From Phycisphaerae bacterium (GTDB taxonomy: Bacteria; Planctomycetota; Phycisphaerae; UBA1845), in contig CAXXGO010000003.1 of NCBI GenBank assembly GCA_963666835.2, positions 160,001-224,000 on the forward strand: DNA of 64,000 nt, given 5' to 3'. The position numbers were made by a program, and so were the translations under genes. The notes below the pieces were generated by a model. It was not told the DNA's origin. It was given only the letters and a program-made list of their open reading frames with translations, and did no database searches. Shown here one piece after another: positions 57,987 to 64,000 of the stretch; position 1 is the stretch's first letter; every line of letters starts with the position of its first letter.

Positions 57987-59195
57987 TTGGGTCGTCGTCC
58001 ACCATCTCCGGAGCCTGTCCTCGTTGAGCGGCAAGAGCAGGTTGAGGCACTCTGTGCGCAGTGCCGCGCGGACGGGGCCTTCGCATTCGATACCGAGTTC
58101 GTCATGGAGGATCGGTACGAGTCGGATATCTGTTTGCTCCAGGTTGCCACGGCGGGGATGATCGCGGTGATCGATCCGTTTCTGGAGGTCGATTTGCGTC
58201 CGGTCTGGAACCTGGTCATCGATGAGGACGTCGAGACCGTCGTACATGCGGGGCAGGAGGATCTGGCTCTGGCGGTCCAGCACACCGGTACGGTGCCTCA
58301 TAACGTGTTCGATGTGCAGATTGCCGCGGGGTTGGTCGGCTGTGATTATCCGATGAGCTTACAGCGTCTCGTGCAGAGCACGATGCACATTCGTCTCCAC
58401 AAATCCAAGACTCTCACGGATTGGCGACGGCGACCCCTGACGCCCGCCCAGATCGACTACGGCGCCGAGGATGTGGTGTATCTGCTCCGAATACGCCGGA
58501 TGTTGGGGGAGAGATTGCAGAGCTTGTCACGGGTTGATTGGGCTCGCGAGGAGTTCCGGCGATTCGAGAACATAACCTTCTACCGTCGGGCCGAGGAAGA
58601 CAAGATTGCCCGCGTTAAGGGGGCGGGTTCCCTTAGCGGGCAACAATTGGCCGTGGCGTACGAACTGCTCCGCTGGCGGGAAGCGTTTGCGCAACGAGTC
58701 AATCGCCCGGCGCGCGTGGTCTTCAAAGACCATCTTCTGGTGGAGATTGCCAAGCATGCAATGGTGGATTTCTCCGAAATCCGTGCCCTTCGGGGCCTGA
58801 CGCTGCCCGATCGGGATGTTCGCGCCCTTTGCCGGATTGTGAAGAGTGCCCTGGAGATCCCCAGCGAACGCTGGCCCACCCCAAAGCCGCGCGAGCACGA
58901 GAGTCCCTCTGAAGTAGCAGTAGTGTCATTGGCATCCGCGGTGGCCCGGAGTTATTGCATGGAGAACGAGCTGGCGTACGGCCTGGTCGCAACGCAGAAG
59001 TCGATTCGCGATCTGGTCCGGCACCGCAGCGGGCAGATCTTGTCCGCTGACGCTGTGGAGCTTCTCAATGGATGGCGCGGCGCTTCTGTCGGGGCAGTAC
59101 TCGATGAAGTCCTCTCCGGCTCCCGGTCCGTCGGCGTAGCGCGCGTTGACGGTGAGATGGCCGTACGCGTCCACGGTCCGACAAACGCCGGTTGA
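57987..59195 (+). CDS. rnd: Ribonuclease D (3'-5' exonuclease with HRDC domain)
   Basis: FDTEF, VVHAGQED, FDVQIAAG, TDWRRRPL, YGAEDV, WRE..A...NRP. Confidence 0.9.
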   Translation: MGRRPPSPEPVLVERQEQVEALCAQCRADGAFAFDTEFVMEDRYESDICLLQVATAGMIAVIDPFLEVDLRPVWNLVIDEDVETVVHAGQEDLALAVQHTGTVPHNVFDVQIAAGLVGCDYPMSLQRLVQSTMHIRLHKSKTLTDWRRRPLTPAQIDYGAEDVVYLLRIRRMLGERLQSLSRVDWAREEFRRFENITFYRRAEEDKIARVKGAGSLSGQQLAVAYELLRWREAFAQRVNRPARVVFKDHLLVEIAKHAMVDFSEIRALRGLTLPDRDVRALCRIVKSALEIPSERWPTPKPREHESPSEVAVVSLASAVARSYCMENELAYGLVATQKSIRDLVRHRSGQILSADAVELLNGWRGASVGAVLDEVLSGSRSVGVARVDGEMAVRVHGPTNAG

Positions 59196-59223
59196 ATGCG
59201 GGTCTGTGCGCGGTATTCCGACG

Positions 59224-61155
59224 TTACTTGGTGCCGTCTGCCGTTGCGGTTGCCGGCAACGCCTCGTCGGTAGGCGGTCCTTTGAAGGTGACAACTCGCT
59301 CGGTGCGAACCACGCTTCCTTTGATGGTCGTCGCGGTGGATTCGGAGCTGTAGAAGTCCAGCTTCCGCAACACCGGTCCGAGCTTCATCATGGAGGCCAC
59401 CAAACGCTGTACCACCGGCTTGATCTTGGCAGCTTCGGGCTTGTCGTCCGGCAGCCCGGCCGTGAACATCTGGGCGATCATCCCAGCCATTCCCAGCCCC
59501 TTGGCTAATTCCTGCCCAAAGTCTGAGGTGTCGGCAAAGGACAAGGCGTAGACCGGTCCCGCCGGAATGATACCCTCATTGCGAAACTGTGGGTTTTCCA
59601 TGATCGAAGGGGCTTTCCCCGCGGCCACCGCCAAGCACTTATTGATCGCTCCGCCGGTTGCTCCGACGATAAGCCACTCGTCTTTCACGCCGATTACGGG
59701 TCGGCTCGCCATAGCCAGCATCGGGTGGGTTATTTCGCGGAATCCCTCCGCGTCGACTTTGGCGGGCGTGAGCACGAGCATCTGTCCCTTGGCCTGCATC
59801 AGCAGTGAGACGAAATCGAGGGCGGCATTGACCTTACTTGCTGCGAGCGCGCTGTCTTTCACGCGGATCATAATCACGCCGGTGCCCCCGGCGTTCATTG
59901 GTGAAACCATCTCGGCGGGCAGCGTTACTTTGATGATCTCACCGCTCCACCAGGCAAACAGGTCTCGCTGAGGGTCAAAGCCGACGGAGGCCAGCCATGC
60001 CTTCCACTTGTCAGTCAGCTCCGGTCCGCTCGGAACATGGTCGCGAACCAAGTCGAGAACCGTATCGTATAGTTTCTCCAGGTCGACGAAGGTGCTGACG
60101 CTGAAGTCTGTGGCGTCCGCCGGGATGTACCGGTCAAAGCGATCGAAGGGTCGGCGGCTCACGAAGGACTGTACGATGGGGCTTTCGAGCTTGGGCTCTT
60201 GGATGCGTGCCACTGTGTGGATCAGCTCCCTACGTCCGTCCATCTCGGTAGACACGATCGTGTAGTCGAGGAAATCGGTGAGCCCTACAACCGCGTTAAG
60301 CAGCCGCCTGATCTTGGCTTCATCCTCCGGGTCGCCGCCCTTTACCTCGATGACTTTGTTCATCAGCACGCTCACATCCTTGAGCAAATGCTTGACGTCA
60401 AAGAACATCAGAGACGTTTCGGGCGCGTTTATCTCGGCAAGAGCTGCCTGGAACCGTGCGGAGGAGACGATCGACTTAGCCGTTCCTCGGCCGGACATAA
60501 GCCCAAGGACGTCTTTAGCAGTCCCATGGGTCCCCATAAGCACGCCAATGATGTCGTTCTTACGAAAGACTGAGACGCTGATCGGGTATTTTGAGTCTTC
60601 GTCGGACTCTGCGTCTGCCGAAGCAGACCAGACCTTGACTCCGTGAACGGTCCGGCTGGCGACCTCGATCTCGTCGCCCAGTTCGCCCAGCCCCTGGAGG
60701 ATCTCAACCAGATGCCTCATGTTGGACTCGGCGCTTCCGTCGGCCCCGCGGGCGAGGAAGATGTACTCATATCCGGGTAGCCCGTTCCCAATTCGCTCGG
60801 CGAAGACGTACTCCCGAGAGAACAGGTCCTGCCAGTCAACGCCGTTAACCAGCGAAGACAACTTGTCGAGAGATGCTTCAACCTCGGTCCTCTGTTCGTC
60901 GTCCTGGATCATGGACAACACGAGGGAGATCATGTCCCGATCGATACCGCTGGCCTTGAGCGCATCGAACACGTCGGCGGTTTGGGCGTCTACCCATTCC
61001 CGCTCAGGATTCTGGACGGTGTTGATAAACAGCCACGCATTGTCGGGGACGAATCGCCCGAGCGTAAACTGCTTAGGTAATTCTCCGGCTAGCGTCGTCG
61101 CGGAGATGAGCCCTCCGGCGATTACTGCCGTCAGTTTGGTGGTGAAACGCATCAC
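59224..61155 (-). CDS. Large exported hypothetical protein (DUF3352-like)
   Basis: Signal peptide (TTLA|G), long uninterrupted ORF, GGGAG RBS. Confidence 0.7.
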   Translation of the reverse strand: MMRFTTKLTAVIAGGLISATTLAGELPKQFTLGRFVPDNAWLFINTVQNPEREWVDAQTADVFDALKASGIDRDMISLVLSMIQDDEQRTEVEASLDKLSSLVNGVDWQDLFSREYVFAERIGNGLPGYEYIFLARGADGSAESNMRHLVEILQGLGELGDEIEVASRTVHGVKVWSASADAESDEDSKYPISVSVFRKNDIIGVLMGTHGTAKDVLGLMSGRGTAKSIVSSARFQAALAEINAPETSLMFFDVKHLLKDVSVLMNKVIEVKGGDPEDEAKIRRLLNAVVGLTDFLDYTIVSTEMDGRRELIHTVARIQEPKLESPIVQSFVSRRPFDRFDRYIPADATDFSVSTFVDLEKLYDTVLDLVRDHVPSGPELTDKWKAWLASVGFDPQRDLFAWWSGEIIKVTLPAEMVSPMNAGGTGVIMIRVKDSALAASKVNAALDFVSLLMQAKGQMLVLTPAKVDAEGFREITHPMLAMASRPVIGVKDEWLIVGATGGAINKCLAVAAGKAPSIMENPQFRNEGIIPAGPVYALSFADTSDFGQELAKGLGMAGMIAQMFTAGLPDDKPEAAKIKPVVQRLVASMMKLGPVLRKLDFYSSESTATTIKGSVVRTERVVTFKGPPTDEALPATATADGTK

Positions 61156-61418
61156 TTCGCTCCCTAGGGGTCACGGGCGCCGATCGCTCCGGGTGCCCAG
61201 CCCGGATCCACGCCGCCTCCGCTCCGGTGTGCCCGCACCGGAGTGCCTGATCTCGTGTCTATTACTTAAGCATACTTGTCTCGTCGTTATTAGACCAGCG
61301 CGAGTGTGTCTTTAGTTGTGCGAACAAGTCGCTGGCAGCGGTTATAGGCAGCACCAAAGGTGCGAATTAGTACGTGTTTGGCAGTTACAGGACCGTCTAC
61401 TATCATGACTTCACGGTG

Positions 61419-64000
61419 ATGGTGATCCACTCGATCGCCGACGATCCTCGTCTAAAAAGCCTGAGTGATCAACTGGACTCGCTGCGCGGCGGGGTGATCC
61501 ACGTTTCAGGCTTGTGGGGGTCCGCTGCGCCCATGGCGACCGCGCTGGTCGCGGCACGGTTGCCACGCACTTTCCTCTACATAACGGCACACCTTGAAGA
61601 GGCGGACAACGCTCGTGACGATCTCGAGCTGTTCCTGGGCCGGGCGTGCCCTTTGTTCGCCGCGTGGGAGGCCTTGCCGGGCGAAGGTGCGGCCGTGGGC
61701 GAGATCCAGGCGGAACGCCTTCGCCTGTGCGGTGGACTTGTTGGCCGCGGAGCCACGGGGCAGGGGGATGACTGTTCGACCGTAATCGTCGCCCCAATCC
61801 AGGCTCTGATGCAGGCCACTCCAACGCCGGAAGTTCTGGAAAGGAACACGATCAACCTGACGCGCGGGGAAGCCGGCGGAGTTAAGGGTGCGGAGTCACC
61901 GGAGGCGCTGGTGCAATGGGCCGTCGACCGAGGCTATACTCGTTTGGATCTCGTCGAATCACCTGGAGATGTCGCATGTCGCGGGGATATTGTGGATCTC
62001 TTCGCACCCGGAGAGGACAATCCCTTGCGCATTCAGTTCTTCGACGATGAGGTGGAGTCCATTCGTCGGATCGACGCCGGCAGCCAGCGGTCGATAGAGA
62101 CGCTGCAGTCCGCTTCAATCACGGCAGTACCGGCGCAGCGGTCGCCATCCAGTGAAGGTGTGACTGATTTTCTATCCTATCTGCCAAGCGATGCTATAGT
62201 CGTTCTCGACAACCCCACGGCGATTCAGGAGATGGGGGAGACGCTCCGATCTCGGCTGGGCCCGAGCGAACGGATGTTCGGAGTGTCGGACGTTCTTGCT
62301 AGTGCCGGGCGTTTTCCGCAAGCGCATCTTTCGTTGTTCGGGGGGGCGGCGGTCGCAGGCGAGACCGCGGTCGATTTCGCCGTCACTTCCTCCACCCGCT
62401 TCGAGGGCGGTTCGTCGGAGGCTGTTGCGGAGCTGTGTCGAATTGCCGCCGACCACGAAGTACACGTTGTGTGCGACAATGAGGGCGAACGTCAACGCCT
62501 AAGAGAGATGATCGCCGAGCATTCCCCGGAAGGTGGATCGTCCATAACGCTATCGATAGGGGTCATGCACCGCGGGTTCACCTGGACGGCGTCACGAACC
62601 GTGGTGATTCCCCACCATGAGATCTTCCACCGCCACCGGCAGCGCCGGCGCATCCGTCGCATGCACGCGGGACGCCCGCTCGATTCCTGGACTGACCTGA
62701 AGCCCGGCGATCTGGTCGTGCATGTTGTACACGGGATCGCGCTGTATCGCGGGCTGGTGACCATGCGAAAGGGCAAATCGCAACAGGAAGGGGAGTTCCT
62801 CAGTCTGGAGTTTGCCGGACAGGCCATGGTCCATGTGCCGACCTCGCAAGTCGATTTGGTTCAGCAGTACATCGGGGTCGGCGGGCGAAAACCGTCCCTA
62901 TCCAAGCTGGGCGGCAAACGGTGGGGGCGGGTGAAGCAACAGGTTGAGGACTCGTTGGCGGATCTGGCCGAGTCGCTCCTTCGAGTGCAGGCGATTCGCG
63001 AAGAGGCGGACGGGACGGCTTATCCTGTCGACACGGAGTGGCAGCGCGAATTCGAGGCGGCCTTCCCTTACGAAGAGACCGAAGACCAGATCACTGTAGC
63101 CGGTGAGATTCGGGAAGACCTGATGCGTACGCGTCCTTTGGACCGGCTGGTTTGCGGTGACGTCGGATACGGCAAGACGGAACTAGCCATGCGGGCGGCA
63201 TTCAAGGTCATGGAATACGGCCGCCAGGTTGCGGTTCTGGTGCCGACTACGGTGCTTGCCGAACAGCACTACCGGACCTTCACGGAGCGGTTTGCGGATT
63301 ACCCGTTTAACGTGGAATGTCTGTCGCGCTTCCGCGGGGCGGCATCACAAAAGAAGATCATCGGTCTCGTGAAGAAGGGGCAGGTCGATGTGGTTGTGGG
63401 TACGCATCGACTGCTGAGCAAGGACGTAGGCTTCGCGGATTTGGGGCTAGTGATCATTGACGAAGAACAGCGGTTTGGAGTTGAACACAAAGAACGCCTC
63501 AAAGCGATGCGTGAGACGGTCGATGTGCTTACGCTGACGGCTACTCCGATTCCGCGGACTTTGCACATGGCCGTGATGGGCATCCGCGATATCAGTTCGT
63601 TGCAGACTCCTCCGGTCGATCGGCGAGCAATTGCAACCGAGGTCCGACCGTTCGACGAGCGTCTCATTCGCGATGCGATCCTCCGGGAGATGAACCGCGA
63701 TGGGCAGGTTTACTTTGTTCATAATCTTGTGCAGTCGATTGCCGCCATGGCGGACCGGGTCCAACGGATTGTGCCCGAGGCTCGGGTGGTCTTCGGTCAT
63801 GGGCAGATGAAGGCCGGTGAATTAGAGAAGGTGATGCACAAGTTTGTGTCTCGCGAGGCGGATGTCCTGGTAGCCACGACCATTATCGAGAGCGGGATCG
63901 ACATTCCCTCGGTCAACACGATCTTCATCAACCGGGCGGAACGGTTTGGGCTGGCGGACCTGCACCAGTTGCGTGGTCGAGTGGGCAGGTCCAGTCATCG
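61419..64000 (+). CDS. mfd: Transcription-repair coupling factor (3' end runs off the window)
   Basis: Manual translation from the ATG at 61419: [85 protein letters not shown]. Confidence 0.97.
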   Translation, partial: MVIHSIADDPRLKSLSDQLDSLRGGVIHVSGLWGSAAPMATALVAARLPRTFLYITAHLEEADNARDDLELFLGRACPLFAAWEALPGEGAAVGEIQAERLRLCGGLVGRGATGQGDDCSTVIVAPIQALMQATPTPEVLERNTINLTRGEAGGVKGAESPEALVQWAVDRGYTRLDLVESPGDVACRGDIVDLFAPGEDNPLRIQFFDDEVESIRRIDAGSQRSIETLQSASITAVPAQRSPSSEGVTDFLSYLPSDAIVVLDNPTAIQEMGETLRSRLGPSERMFGVSDVLASAGRFPQAHLSLFGGAAVAGETAVDFAVTSSTRFEGGSSEAVAELCRIAADHEVHVVCDNEGERQRLREMIAEHSPEGGSSITLSIGVMHRGFTWTASRTVVIPHHEIFHRHRQRRRIRRMHAGRPLDSWTDLKPGDLVVHVVHGIALYRGLVTMRKGKSQQEGEFLSLEFAGQAMVHVPTSQVDLVQQYIGVGGRKPSLSKLGGKRWGRVKQQVEDSLADLAESLLRVQAIREEADGTAYPVDTEWQREFEAAFPYEETEDQITVAGEIREDLMRTRPLDRLVCGDVGYGKTELAMRAAFKVMEYGRQVAVLVPTTVLAEQHYRTFTERFADYPFNVECLSRFRGAASQKKIIGLVKKGQVDVVVGTHRLLSKDVGFADLGLVIIDEEQRFGVEHKERLKAMRETVDVLTLTATPIPRTLHMAVMGIRDISSLQTPPVDRRAIATEVRPFDERLIRDAILREMNRDGQVYFVHNLVQSIAAMADRVQRIVPEARVVFGHGQMKAGELEKVMHKFVSREADVLVATTIIESGIDIPSVNTIFINRAERFGLADLHQLRGRVGRSSH

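Overview
GC-rich bacterial chromosomal window, most likely Planctomycetota (Phycisphaerae-like). This is inferred from the H-X9-DG pilin-like proteins, the IPTL-CTERM Cys-rich surface proteins and DUF5658. Housekeeping genes (valS, folD, gcdH-like, mdh, dapB, gyrA, rnd, mfd) surround a roughly 35 kb phosphate-themed region. That region contains: (i) porin - small lipoprotein - pstSCAB - phoU next to phoBR; (ii) a co-directional run of about 16 kb on the minus strand (41035 to 25191) encoding an archaeal-type adenylate-kinase/nucleoside-deoxyribosyltransferase-like fusion, a small membrane protein, a pilin-like protein, an IPTL-CTERM surface protein, a two-EEP-domain apparent polyprotein, an AfuABC/FbpABC-type ABC importer and a second PhoB paralog; and (iii) divergently, a pseudo-receiver PhoB paralog and a triple lamin-tail IPTL-CTERM protein. 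Four promoters in the region carry arrays of four 6-bp repeats with about 11-bp periodicity (Pho-box-like), which suggests one regulon. The minus-strand run has been hit twice by intact IS elements (IS1595 and ISL3), both with 8-bp target duplications I could read directly. A REP/REPIN-like repeat cluster flanks a Cys-rich secreted protein at about 50-52 kb. I saw no rRNA, tRNA or CRISPR array. All family assignments are by-eye motif recognition, not database searches.
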